IMG/VR virus record: IMGVR_UViG_3300034082_001419
Location: 1 to 64,000 of that record
Direction: 5' to 3' (one strand)
From: a virus
Length of the DNA stretch: 64,000 bases
In this document: piece by piece, positions 1 through 8,994 of the stretch
Numbering within the stretch: the stretch's first letter is position 1
How the letters are laid out: each line of letters starts with the position of its first letter
Translations under genes and position numbers: made by a program
Notes under the pieces: model-generated
Seen by the model: the letters and a program-made list of their open reading frames with translations, nothing else
Database searches by the model: none
What the model was told of the DNA's origin: nothing

Positions 1-24
1 TTAAATGATTTAATAAAGTAAAAA

Positions 25-750
25 ATGGAAGGATTGGTATTGCCCACTAAGAAAGTGAGCGCAACAAGAGTTAATCCAAAAAGATTGTTAATTTACTCTA
101 AGCCAAAGACAGGTAAAACTACCGCTTTTGCAGGTTTAGAAGGTAATTTAATAATTGATTTGGAAAATGGGACTGATTATGTAGATGCAATGAAAGTAAA
201 AGCTAATAGTCTTAAAGAATTATTAGCAGTTGGTAAAGCAGTAGAAGAAGCAGGTAAACCTTATAGGGTTATCACTATTGATACTGTAACTGCATTGGAA
301 GAAATGGTTATGCCTTTAGCTGTTAAAAAGTATAAAGCTACTCCAATGGGTAAAAGTTATGATGGAGACAACGTAATTACTTTACCAAATGGTGCTGGTT
401 ATTTATACATAAGAGAAGCATTCTTTGATGTTTTGAATTATGTAGATACATTAGCTGAACATATTATTCTATCAGGTCACATCAAAGACAAACAAGTTGA
501 TGATAAGGGTGAAATGGTAATGGCAGCTAATATTGATTTAACTGGTAAGATTAAGTCTTTAATCTGTGCAAATTCAGATGCAATTGGTTATATGTTTAGA
601 AAGGGTAACAAGGTTATGTTAAACTTTAAGACTAATGAAGAAACTACTTGTGGTGCAAGACCAGAGCATTTAAGAAATGCAGAGATAGTGATTAGTGAAA
701 TTAATGATAAAGGTGATATAGTTACTCACTGGGATGAAGTTTATAAATAA
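25..750 (+). CDS. P-loop ATPase, AAA_24/Sak4-like phage recombination protein
   Basis: Walker A variant YSKPKTGKTT and Walker B ITIDT; sits next to SSB-like and primase genes. Confidence 0.75.
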   Translation: MEGLVLPTKKVSATRVNPKRLLIYSKPKTGKTTAFAGLEGNLIIDLENGTDYVDAMKVKANSLKELLAVGKAVEEAGKPYRVITIDTVTALEEMVMPLAVKKYKATPMGKSYDGDNVITLPNGAGYLYIREAFFDVLNYVDTLAEHIILSGHIKDKQVDDKGEMVMAANIDLTGKIKSLICANSDAIGYMFRKGNKVMLNFKTNEETTCGARPEHLRNAEIVISEINDKGDIVTHWDEVYK

Positions 751-775
751 TTAATAATATAAAAAATAAGAAAAG

Positions 776-1462
776 ATGGCAATAGGAACTAAAGACGTAG
801 TAGCAGGTGGTAACGGATTACCAAAAACAATTAGCCCAGGAAATCATAAATTAAAAATCAATAGCTTAATGGCTGAAGACTTTAAGTTTATTCCTGGTGC
901 AATACAGATTATCTTGAATGTAGAAACTGAACCTCTTGAAGGATTTGAAGGTTTTATGATCAACAAAGATATGCCAGAAGCAGGTCATTATAAAGGTCAA
1001 ATTGGTAGAGTAAAAGCTGGTCAGTATGCATTTGCTGATGGTACTACTAAATCAGGTGTACAAATCTATAGAGATAACTCTATATTAGTATTCTTGAAAT
1101 CAATTTGTACTACATTAGATATGTTAGCATGGTTTGATGAGCAAGATAACAAACATGATACTATTGAAGATTTTATTCTTGCATTTAATGAGTCAGCTCC
1201 ATTTAAAGATAAATTTATGGACTTCTGTGTAGCAGGAAAAGAATATGAAGGTAAAACAGGTTATACAAATTATGACTTATATTTGCCAAAATCTTCAAAA
1301 GATGGTTTTGCATTTGCTAAACTTGGTTCAGGTAAAAACTTATTATATTCTGAAGCACTACATCTTAAAAAACTTGAAGCTAAAAAAGTAGACTCATTTG
1401 GTTCAGGTGAGGATGACTTTGCAGTACCTAACAAGGTAGCTTCTGACTTTGATTTAGACTAA
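776..1462 (+). CDS. Putative single-stranded DNA-binding protein
   Basis: Directly follows the Sak4-like ATPase; acidic C-terminal tail (EDDF...SDFDLD) typical of SSBs. Function inferred. Confidence 0.5.
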   Translation: MAIGTKDVVAGGNGLPKTISPGNHKLKINSLMAEDFKFIPGAIQIILNVETEPLEGFEGFMINKDMPEAGHYKGQIGRVKAGQYAFADGTTKSGVQIYRDNSILVFLKSICTTLDMLAWFDEQDNKHDTIEDFILAFNESAPFKDKFMDFCVAGKEYEGKTGYTNYDLYLPKSSKDGFAFAKLGSGKNLLYSEALHLKKLEAKKVDSFGSGEDDFAVPNKVASDFDLD

Positions 1463-1471
1463 CAATAGTTT

Positions 1472-1503
1472 AAAAGGGAGTCAGACAAAGGCTCCCTTTT
1501 TTA
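1472..1503 (+). terminator. Rho-independent terminator
   Basis: Stem aaaagggagtc / ggctccctttt followed by a T-tract. Confidence 0.75.
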
Positions 1504-1518
1504 TTAAAGTTAATAATT

Positions 1519-2505
1519 ATGATTTCAACAAAGAAAAATGCTATATCAATAGGTAATGTTCCTGTCACATGGATATATGAACATTACTTAAATCTTACTG
1601 AAAAATTAGATGGTCAACAGATTAAAGTAAAATCTGCATTTAAGACTGAAAAGACGCCATCAATGTATGTATATGTTGATGCCAACACAATGACTTATAA
1701 GTATAAAGATTTTTCATCTGGAATACAAGGAGATTCAATATCCCTTATTGAACATATGTTTAATCTTGATAGAAGACTTGCTACATTTAAAATAATAGAT
1801 GATTACAAAGCATATATAGATTTTAATAAATCATATAGTGCTCCTGAAATCAAAAGTTATGAGAATTATAAAGTATGTGACTATACTATAAGACACTGGA
1901 GTAATTTTGATCAAAAGTATTGGGGTGATTATCACATTGGTTCAAAAATGTTAGATGCTTACAATGTATCTCCCTTGGAGTATTATAAGTTATCAAGAAA
2001 TGAACCAGATGGTAGTGTATCTGAAATTACAATTACAGGATTTAACTTGTATGGTTATTTTAAAAATGATGGTACACTATATAAGATTTATCAGCCAAAA
2101 ATATTAAACAGAAAGTTTTTAAAGATGGCTAATTATATCCAAGGTTCTGAGCAATTAACATTGACTAAAGATTATTTGGTTATTACATCATCACTTAAAG
2201 ATGTAATGGCTTTTAATAAGCTTGGTTTTAACAATGTTGAGTGTATAGCACCAGATAGTGAGAATACTATTATAAAAGAAACCAGTATTGAAAAACTAAA
2301 GAGTAAGTATAAAAGTATATGTGTATTGTTTGACAATGATGATGCCGGTAAAATGGCTATGGAAAAATATAAAGAAAGATATGGTTTATCCTATATAGTT
2401 CTTGATATGGAAAAAGATGTATCAGACTCTATTAAAGCACATGGACTGCAAAAAGTAAAAGAAGAATTATTTCCATTATTAAAAAAAGCAATACATGAAA
2501 GGTGA
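1519..2505 (+). CDS. DNA primase (DnaG-like, TOPRIM domain)
   Basis: TOPRIM motif VLFDNDDAG, KDVSD, and an N-terminal EKTPS remnant of the DnaG Zn-binding domain. Confidence 0.85.
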   Translation: MISTKKNAISIGNVPVTWIYEHYLNLTEKLDGQQIKVKSAFKTEKTPSMYVYVDANTMTYKYKDFSSGIQGDSISLIEHMFNLDRRLATFKIIDDYKAYIDFNKSYSAPEIKSYENYKVCDYTIRHWSNFDQKYWGDYHIGSKMLDAYNVSPLEYYKLSRNEPDGSVSEITITGFNLYGYFKNDGTLYKIYQPKILNRKFLKMANYIQGSEQLTLTKDYLVITSSLKDVMAFNKLGFNNVECIAPDSENTIIKETSIEKLKSKYKSICVLFDNDDAGKMAMEKYKERYGLSYIVLDMEKDVSDSIKAHGLQKVKEELFPLLKKAIHER

Positions 2506-2728
2506 AATTAAAATTGGGTTTAAATTCAAAAAGGATAATCCTGGTGAATTTACTAAAAAGGTAAACATTGATGGTATAACACCATTACATATTGCATCAG
2601 CTGTAACTACTCTTATAGAGATATTAGAAAAGTATGCAGATGATGATGATCAAAGAAAAATATTAGAATTATTGAATAATAATGCAGGATTTGCTGGTGT
2701 TAAGATTATACCAAAAGGTGATGCATAA
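2495..2728 (+). CDS. Hypothetical protein
   Basis: 77-aa ORF overlapping the primase stop. Confidence 0.6.
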   Translation: MKGEIKIGFKFKKDNPGEFTKKVNIDGITPLHIASAVTTLIEILEKYADDDDQRKILELLNNNAGFAGVKIIPKGDA

Positions 2729-2739
2729 AAATTAAGATT

Positions 2740-3165
2740 ATGAGTTGGATACATAAAGGAAAAGTGTTTACAGAATCTGATATTCCTGAAGGAGCAATTG
2801 GTTTTGTATATCATATGTCAGTAATATTAAATGGTAATAGCTATGCATATATTGGTAAGAAGAACTTTTTTGCTAATATCAAGAAACCTATGGGTAAAAA
2901 AGCATTAGCTCAAACTACTGATAAAAGACTAAAGAAATACACTAGGGTTACTAAACCTAACTTTATGGCTTACCATAGTAGTAATCAACAATTAAAAGAA
3001 GCTCATAAAGCTGGATGTAAAATTAAAAGGGAAATTCTAATGATTTGCTACTCAGCAACAGAATTGACTTATCAAGAAGTAAAGCATCAATTTAAATATG
3101 AAGTGCTTGAAAAAGAGGAATTCCTTAATGGGAATATACTTGGTAAATTTTATAAGTTTAAATAA
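2740..3165 (+). CDS. GIY-YIG-like nuclease family protein
   Basis: GFVYHM...AYIGKK motif pair, later REIL, E and N residues in GIY-YIG-like positions. Confidence 0.55.
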   Translation: MSWIHKGKVFTESDIPEGAIGFVYHMSVILNGNSYAYIGKKNFFANIKKPMGKKALAQTTDKRLKKYTRVTKPNFMAYHSSNQQLKEAHKAGCKIKREILMICYSATELTYQEVKHQFKYEVLEKEEFLNGNILGKFYKFK

Positions 3166-3174
3166 TAAAAAGTT

Positions 3175-3570
3175 ATGAAAATAGCAATGTACGACCTTGA
3201 AGGTCATTTATTAGAAGTATTAGAAGCAGAAACATATCAAGGAATCATTGATCTATTGCCTGTAAAATCAAGTATTAAAAGTACTGCTTCTATACAACAA
3301 GCCACAAGAGGAGAAATTAATTTTTGTGGAGGCTATCAATTTAGAGAAGTTTTTACTAAAAAACCTTTACAAAAAATTGGAAGTTGTATTGATTTAAAAA
3401 AAGCAGTAGAAAAACAAGTGCAAAAATATTATAAAGGAGTATACATTTGTACCTATAAAAATATAGAAGAAGCTGCTTTTATAAATAACATATTGCGTGA
3501 TAATATTGGTAAATGTGCTAGAGGAATAAGAGCTACAGCAGGTGGTTTTGAATGGAAATTTGTAGTATAA
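3175..3570 (+). CDS. NUMOD1-type DNA-binding domain protein (two repeats)
   Basis: YDLEGHLLE...FCGGYQF and YKNIEEAA...IGKCARG..ATAGGFEWKF resemble NUMOD1 repeats; no nuclease motif seen. Confidence 0.6.
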   Translation: MKIAMYDLEGHLLEVLEAETYQGIIDLLPVKSSIKSTASIQQATRGEINFCGGYQFREVFTKKPLQKIGSCIDLKKAVEKQVQKYYKGVYICTYKNIEEAAFINNILRDNIGKCARGIRATAGGFEWKFVV

Positions 3571-3582
3571 AATAAAAAAGTT

Positions 3583-3975
3583 ATGGCTGAAAATGTATTA
3601 GAAAAAATAATGATTGGTTTAGTAAATGCAGGTATTAAAAAGGTATCTGTAAATTATGATGGTGGTGGAGATAGTGGAGCTATTGAGTCTATAAGAATAA
3701 CAACTGATCCAGATGTTGACTTTGACCAATTACAAAGTTGGGAAGGTGGAACTGATTTAAATGATTATAACTCAGAGTTATATTCATTGCTTGAAGATTA
3801 CTGTCAAGAGATGTTATTGAATGACATTGAAGACTGGTGGAACAATGATGGTGGCTTTGGATATGTAAATATTGATGTAGAAGAAGGTACATATGAAATT
3901 CAAAATAGCATAAGAGTTACTGATTATGAAGAGTTTAATCATTATGGTAACTTGTTTGAGAAAAATAAGAGATAG
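3583..3975 (+). CDS. Acidic hypothetical protein (DUF6878-like)
   Basis: V.YDGGGDSG.IE and WWNNDGGFG motifs. Confidence 0.55.
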   Translation: MAENVLEKIMIGLVNAGIKKVSVNYDGGGDSGAIESIRITTDPDVDFDQLQSWEGGTDLNDYNSELYSLLEDYCQEMLLNDIEDWWNNDGGFGYVNIDVEEGTYEIQNSIRVTDYEEFNHYGNLFEKNKR

Positions 3976-4128
3976 ATGATGCATGACAATTATAAAATTA
4001 AATTTGGAAAGCATAAACATAAAAAGTTAAAAGATGTACCCTTTGATTATTTAAAATGGTTGGCAGGTCAAGAGTTTTGTCCAAGTCAGGTAAAGAAATA
4101 TATTAAAGAGCATGAAAATTTTATTTAA
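3976..4128 (+). CDS. Small protein, DUF3820-like (50 aa, not in the ORF track)
   Basis: Translated by hand: MMHDNYKIKFGKHKHKKLKDVPFDYLKWLAGQ...; FGK(H/Y)K...DVP..YL.W motif. Confidence 0.65.
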   Translation: MMHDNYKIKFGKHKHKKLKDVPFDYLKWLAGQEFCPSQVKKYIKEHENFI

Positions 4129-4139
4129 ATAAGAATAAT

Positions 4140-4487
4140 ATGGCACATCCTTTAGAGCATTGTAAGTCCTCAGTAAGAAAATGGGGTGGTAGACAGGTTG
4201 ATTATCAAGCTATTCATGAGTGGCTAGATGAAACTAAGGCTTGGGTTGGTCACAGTATGCATAGAATGTTCCGTCACCATAGTGAAGGTATATTTGAATG
4301 TGAGAAAGTATTTGGATCAAGCTTTATCAACTTTGATGGTAAGACTGTATATACAAGATATGTTGCTGAACAACATGTAAAAGAAGATTGTAATGGATAT
4401 ATTCCTACAGCAAAGGAATGGGTTAAGATGATTGAATCTGGAAAACCTGAGTTATGGGCTATAAAAACTTTAAAAATAGAAGACTAA
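4140..4487 (+). CDS. His-rich hypothetical protein (DUF6915-like)
   Basis: MAHPLEH..SS.RKWGG...IH.WLD...HR..RHHSEGI...EQHV.ED pattern. Confidence 0.6.
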   Translation: MAHPLEHCKSSVRKWGGRQVDYQAIHEWLDETKAWVGHSMHRMFRHHSEGIFECEKVFGSSFINFDGKTVYTRYVAEQHVKEDCNGYIPTAKEWVKMIESGKPELWAIKTLKIED

Positions 4488-4822
4488 TGGAAGAAGTAAA
4501 AGAAATTAAACTAGAGAATGAGAGAATCAAAGTGGTTTTCACAAATGAGGCAAATCCAGATGAGCCAAGTTTACAAGTAGAATTTATTTGTGTAAGGAAT
4601 AGTGAAGGTGTAAAAGAAACTCAAGTATTGATAGATCCATCTGTTTTTAACAGAGAGCCATCATTTATGGGTGAATTATATATGAATACATTTGATTCTT
4701 TAGCAACTGTAAGAGAAATATTTGATAGAGGTGATCTATATGAAGGTGTACGTACAATAACTATAGAACAATACAAGCAGTATTTGATAAAAGTAAGAGG
4801 TGTTGATCCAAAAAATTTATAA
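4487..4822 (+). CDS. Hypothetical protein
   Basis: ATG in a TAATG overlap with the upstream stop is the likelier start than 4454. Confidence 0.55.
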   Translation: MEEVKEIKLENERIKVVFTNEANPDEPSLQVEFICVRNSEGVKETQVLIDPSVFNREPSFMGELYMNTFDSLATVREIFDRGDLYEGVRTITIEQYKQYLIKVRGVDPKNL

Positions 4823-4828
4823 AGACTG

Positions 4829-4990
4829 ATGGAAAATCAATTTGATATATCTGATGATATTTTAAGAGAAATGGCTGAAAAGTATATGATTGAAGAAAGC
4901 TATGGTGAACCTCAACCGGATTTATACGTAGGTTTTTTAGCTGGTTTTAAAGCAGCAATCAAATTAATAAGTAATAAAATAGAAGATTGA
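4829..4990 (+). CDS. Hypothetical 53-aa protein (not in the ORF track)
   Basis: MENQFDISDDILREMAEKY...GFLAGFKAAIKLISNKIED; fills the gap and is coupled to the next gene by TGATG. Confidence 0.55.
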   Translation: MENQFDISDDILREMAEKYMIEESYGEPQPDLYVGFLAGFKAAIKLISNKIED

Positions 4991-5400
4991 TGGAAAAGGT
5001 AGTACTGACAAAAGAGAGTGTAAGAAGTATAATGGATATGTATGCATCAACTGATAAAGATAATTGGTTAGTTGCAAATGAGATAGTAAATAACTGTGAT
5101 ATTGAGAAATCTAAAGCATGGTTAGTTTTATTATATGCAGAAAGTAATAAAGATAATAATTATTGGGAAGAAAATATACCTAATGTTATTGATGTTATAA
5201 GAGGTATGGGTATTTATAGTGAATATAAACCTACAGTTAATAATGTTTTGACAACATTAATTAATTTAACTGCTGAATCTGATGTAGTAGATATGTTTTT
5301 ACAATTACATGTTGAGACATTAAAGAAAAGTATGAAAAGTTGGGGTTATCCCGTAGATAAATTAAACTATTCAATAACATTAAAGGATGGCAAAGAGTAG
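4990..5400 (+). CDS. Hypothetical protein, partial paralog of 9997..11307
   Basis: Shares the segment M(Y/F).S.D(K/R)DN..(V/L)A.EI..N...E.S...L.LL with the 436-aa ORF. Confidence 0.65.
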   Translation: MEKVVLTKESVRSIMDMYASTDKDNWLVANEIVNNCDIEKSKAWLVLLYAESNKDNNYWEENIPNVIDVIRGMGIYSEYKPTVNNVLTTLINLTAESDVVDMFLQLHVETLKKSMKSWGYPVDKLNYSITLKDGKE

Positions 5401-5613
5401 AGAAGATAGTTTAGCAAAAACCAGTAAAGATTTGATGTTGAAGGAGCCCTATTACGGGTTCTTTTTAATTATGTTGAATAAGGTTTGGGATAATAAAAGA
5501 GTTCCAACTGCTGGTGTAAGTAAGCATAATATCAATTATCAGCTTACTATTAATGAAAATTTCTGGACTGGATTAAGTGATGATCATAAGCATGGTTTAT
5601 TAAAACATGAGCT
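5387..5613 (+). CDS. Exon 1 of DUF2201-type metallopeptidase + vWA domain protein
   Basis: EPYYGFFL...PTAGV...LLKHE; joining to 6723 restores HELLH (HExxH). Spliced product about 400 aa. Confidence 0.85.
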
Positions 5614-6722
5614 CAACTAGGGCTCCTCATGCAGTAATGTATGTGTAAAATGTCTTAAATTGACGGGGACTCCCTAAAGCTCTATCTACTAAGCATGCAC
5701 CGTGAGGTAGTATGTGGCTGAATTAATTACTCAGGTATAGTAAAAAAGATAGAGATGTCCAAATGGGAAATCCGCAGCCAAATTTCTTGGTTATATGGTT
5801 TATTTTTGGTATATTGTAGTATAAATACTTACATATATGAAAATAGAATTAGAACAAAAAGTAATTGATTATTATGTTACTGATAAATTATCAGGTAAAA
5901 AGATTGCAAGCATATTACGAGTAAATGTAAAAACTGTATTTGCAATTTTAAAAAGAAATAATATAAAATCAAGAACTTTGTCTGAATCAGCAATGAAATA
6001 TACTTGTCAAGATGACTTTTTTAATGTAATTGATACAGAAAAAAAAGCATATTGGTTAGGTGTTCTTTTTGCTGATGGTAATATTACAAAAAAAGCAAGT
6101 AAATCAGGACAAATAATTTTTTCATCAAAAGATAAAGATTGGGTAGAACAATTTTTATTAGATGTTGGATCAAATAATTCTCCTAATTGTGAATATCAAA
6201 AAGTATTTAAAAAATATATATGGAAAGCTCAAATAACATCAGCTCAAATGTATAATGATTTAAATAATTTAGGATGTACACCAGCTAAAACTAAAACAAT
6301 AAGAATACCTATACTAGAGGATGAATTAGTTCATCATTTTATTAGAGGTTATTTTGACGGTGATGGTACAGTTGGAGCTTACAAAAACTTAAAAAATAGT
6401 GATTGGAAAATCCTAAAATCAGGTTTTTGTTCAGGCTCAAAAGAATTTATGATTGACTTATTAAAAATATTACCAGTAAAAAATAAAACTATTAAGCAAA
6501 GCAATGAGTGTTATGTTACACAGCATTCTTTGCATGATACACTTAATTTATATAACTTTATGTATAAAAATCATACATTATGTTTAAATAGAAAAAGACA
6601 AGTTTTTATTGATTACTTAGACACATATGTACCAAGAAAGAGGTTCAACGACTACAATAGACCATCCCTAGTGGATGAAGGTATAGTCTGATCTCATGTG
6701 AAAGCATGAGTTAACAAAAATG
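5614..6722 (+). mobile_element. Group I intron 1 (1109 nt) carrying a LAGLIDADG homing endonuclease gene
   Basis: Exon ends in U (5613) paired U.G with IGS ggctc (5621-5625); core motifs aaattgacgggga, aatccgcagcca, ttcaacgactac, aaggtatagtct; terminal G at 6722; removal restores the frame. Confidence 0.9.
5837..6691 (+). CDS. LAGLIDADG homing endonuclease (two motifs, N-terminal HTH-like region)
   Basis: AYWLGVLFADGNI and HFIRGYFDGDGTV motifs; lies inside intron 1. Confidence 0.9.
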   Translation: MKIELEQKVIDYYVTDKLSGKKIASILRVNVKTVFAILKRNNIKSRTLSESAMKYTCQDDFFNVIDTEKKAYWLGVLFADGNITKKASKSGQIIFSSKDKDWVEQFLLDVGSNNSPNCEYQKVFKKYIWKAQITSAQMYNDLNNLGCTPAKTKTIRIPILEDELVHHFIRGYFDGDGTVGAYKNLKNSDWKILKSGFCSGSKEFMIDLLKILPVKNKTIKQSNECYVTQHSLHDTLNLYNFMYKNHTLCLNRKRQVFIDYLDTYVPRKRFNDYNRPSLVDEGIV

Positions 6723-7698
6723 CTTGCATATCGCATTTGGCCATCTTACTATGTATTTTAAGTTTAGTGATAAGAAGCTTGCTAATTACGCAATGGACAT
6801 GGAAATAAATCAATTCATTGATAATCAGTATCTTCCAGAAGGTGGTGTTAATATAGATGATTATCCTGATTTGAACTTAGATAGAAAGGCAGGTTGTAGA
6901 TATTATTATGAGAAACTACAACAAGCCAAAGAGAAGAAAGACAAAGGTGGTGAAGAAGGTACAAGTGGTGATGACAACTATGATAAAGTATGTGATCAAA
7001 TGGATTCCGGAGATGATATGGACTCTGATCATCCAACTTGGTCTGACTTTGAAGACATGACTGAAGCTGAACAGAAGCTAATTGAGAAGCAATTGAATAA
7101 GATTCTCAATGATGCTAAGGAAATGACTGAAAAGAAAAGAGGTAATGTTCCTGGAGAAATTGAGGGATTACTTGAAATGGAAGCAATCACAGCCCCTAAG
7201 TTTGATTGGAAAGGTTATATAAGAAGATTTACTGGTGTATCATCAAAAGTGTATACTAAAAAGATAAGGAGAAAAGAGAATAGAAGATATTCTGATAATC
7301 CTGGTCTAAAGATTAAAATGAAACAACATATGTTGTTGGCTATTGATACTTCAGGTTCTGTATGTGATAAAGAGTTGCATGAGTTCATGAATGAAATACA
7401 TCACATCTATAAGCAAGGAGTAGATATTACTATTATACAATGTGATACTGTTATAAGAAGTATTGAACCGTATAAAGGCAAAAATGAAATTAAGATATAT
7501 GGTAGAGGTGGGACTGAATTTACTCCCGTCCTTGAGTATTATAATGAAAATATAAGAAAGTTTACTAGCTTGGTATATTTCACTGATGGTGAATGTTATA
7601 CTGATGTTAAACCAAAAGCTCCTGTTTTATGGGTGCTGTCTGAACAATCCCATATGAATAATAGCCTTCCGGGAAAGGTGATAAAACTTGAGTTATAA
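6723..7698 (+). CDS. Exon 2 of DUF2201-type metallopeptidase + vWA domain protein
   Basis: LHIAFGH...N.AMD.EIN peptidase region; MIDAS motif IDTSGS, GRGGT.F and YFTDG. Confidence 0.85.
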
Positions 7699-7718
7699 AT
7701 TAAAAAAAATTAAAAAAG

Positions 7719-7937
7719 ATGAGTCAGATTCAATTAAATGCAGATGAGTTAAAAAACTTTATTAAACATATTATTAAAAACAATGAGATACTTCAACAAA
7801 CTGGTAAGATGCCTACAGCACTAGCTGTTGTTGGTGAAGCCGGTTTAGGTAAAACATCATCTATAATGCAAGTCGGTGAAGAATTAGATTTAGATGTTGT
7901 TAAGTTAAATTTATCACAAATTGAAGAATTAGGGGAT
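7719..7937 (+). CDS. Exon 1 of MoxR-like AAA+ ATPase
   Basis: Walker A GEAGLGKT, then LNLSQIEELGD followed by an in-frame TAA at the intron start. Confidence 0.85.
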
Positions 7938-8994
7938 TAAGATTTAGTTTTCTACAAATATATTTGTATATTTGTATATGAAAACATCAATTCTTCAATT
8001 AAGTGCAAAAGAACTTAGACATAAATCTGGTATATACATGTTATCATGTAATAATAGATTTTATGTAGGTAGTTCTAAAACTTTATATGACAGATTATTA
8101 GAGCATAGACAAAAACTTTTGAATAATAAACATTCAAATGATTTTATGCAAAAGGCTTTTAATAAACATGGCATAAATAGTTTTGAATATGAGATATTAG
8201 AATTTTGCTTGCCAGAAAACAGAATATTAAGAGAAAAATACTACATTGATACATTAAAACCTGATTTTAATTTACAATTAGACCCCATTAGCAGAACTCT
8301 TTCTTTATACAGTAGACAAAAATTATCCAAATCAATTCTTAAAGGTATTGATGAAGGTAAGTATAAAAACAAATTTGATTATTGTACTGTTGAAGTATAT
8401 GATTATTTTGGAAATTATATTAAGTCTTTTAAAGATAAAGATGAAGCTTCTGAAAAATTAAACATTACTAAAAAAGATGTCCAAAGATTGGCTGGTGGTT
8501 ATGTTAAAGGTTTAAGTAAAAATGGAATAAGGTTAAGATACTCTGATAGCAAAACCCAAATAAAAAAATTTAATGTTGATCCTAAATATTTAGGTAAACA
8601 TTTTGATTTTTATTGTGATGGTGTTGTTGCTTTCAATAGTGTAAAAGATGTATGGAAATTTTTATCTGAACAAGTATTATCAGGCAAAACAAATTTTAAT
8701 ATTGATATTAAATTAAAAACCAACTAGGTCCCCTTTAAACTCTGTGAACTCATGGAACATCCTGGTAAGGACAATCATGAGCCAAGCTTTGTAGAAATAC
8801 ATTGAAGGTGCAACGACTAGGTGATGGAGTCTTAACAAGTGATGTTGAAGATGGTAAACACCCACGAGCGCAGAGCTACTCCTTATGTGTATCAACACTT
8901 AAAGGGAGTAGATGATATAGTCTGAACTGTAGTAATAATACAAGTCCGTAAACTACAGAATCTAAGGATAAAGAGCCTTAGAGATAACATAATG
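7938..8994 (+). mobile_element. Group I intron 2 (1057 nt) with a GIY-YIG homing endonuclease gene in the P1 loop
   Basis: Exon ggggaU pairs with IGS gtcccc (8728-8733); core caatcatgagcca, gcaacgactag, gatatagtctga; terminal G at 8994; splicing gives EELGD|LVGFP. Confidence 0.9.
7978..8727 (+). CDS. GIY-YIG homing endonuclease
   Basis: SGIYML...FYVGSS...RL.EH...E..YI...FN catalytic module plus a NUMOD1-like C-terminal region; inside intron 2. Confidence 0.88.
   Translation: MKTSILQLSAKELRHKSGIYMLSCNNRFYVGSSKTLYDRLLEHRQKLLNNKHSNDFMQKAFNKHGINSFEYEILEFCLPENRILREKYYIDTLKPDFNLQLDPISRTLSLYSRQKLSKSILKGIDEGKYKNKFDYCTVEVYDYFGNYIKSFKDKDEASEKLNITKKDVQRLAGGYVKGLSKNGIRLRYSDSKTQIKKFNVDPKYLGKHFDFYCDGVVAFNSVKDVWKFLSEQVLSGKTNFNIDIKLKTN

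Noticed and set aside
5387-7940. Short ORFs 5387..5620 and 7719..7940 as pseudogenes or frameshifts
   Set aside because: They are first exons; removing the introns restores continuous frames and conserved motifs.
5614-8733. Shared caactagg before the IGS in both introns as evidence of common origin
   Set aside because: In intron 2 these bases are explained by pairing with exon 2, and an 8-nt match is too short to support the claim.
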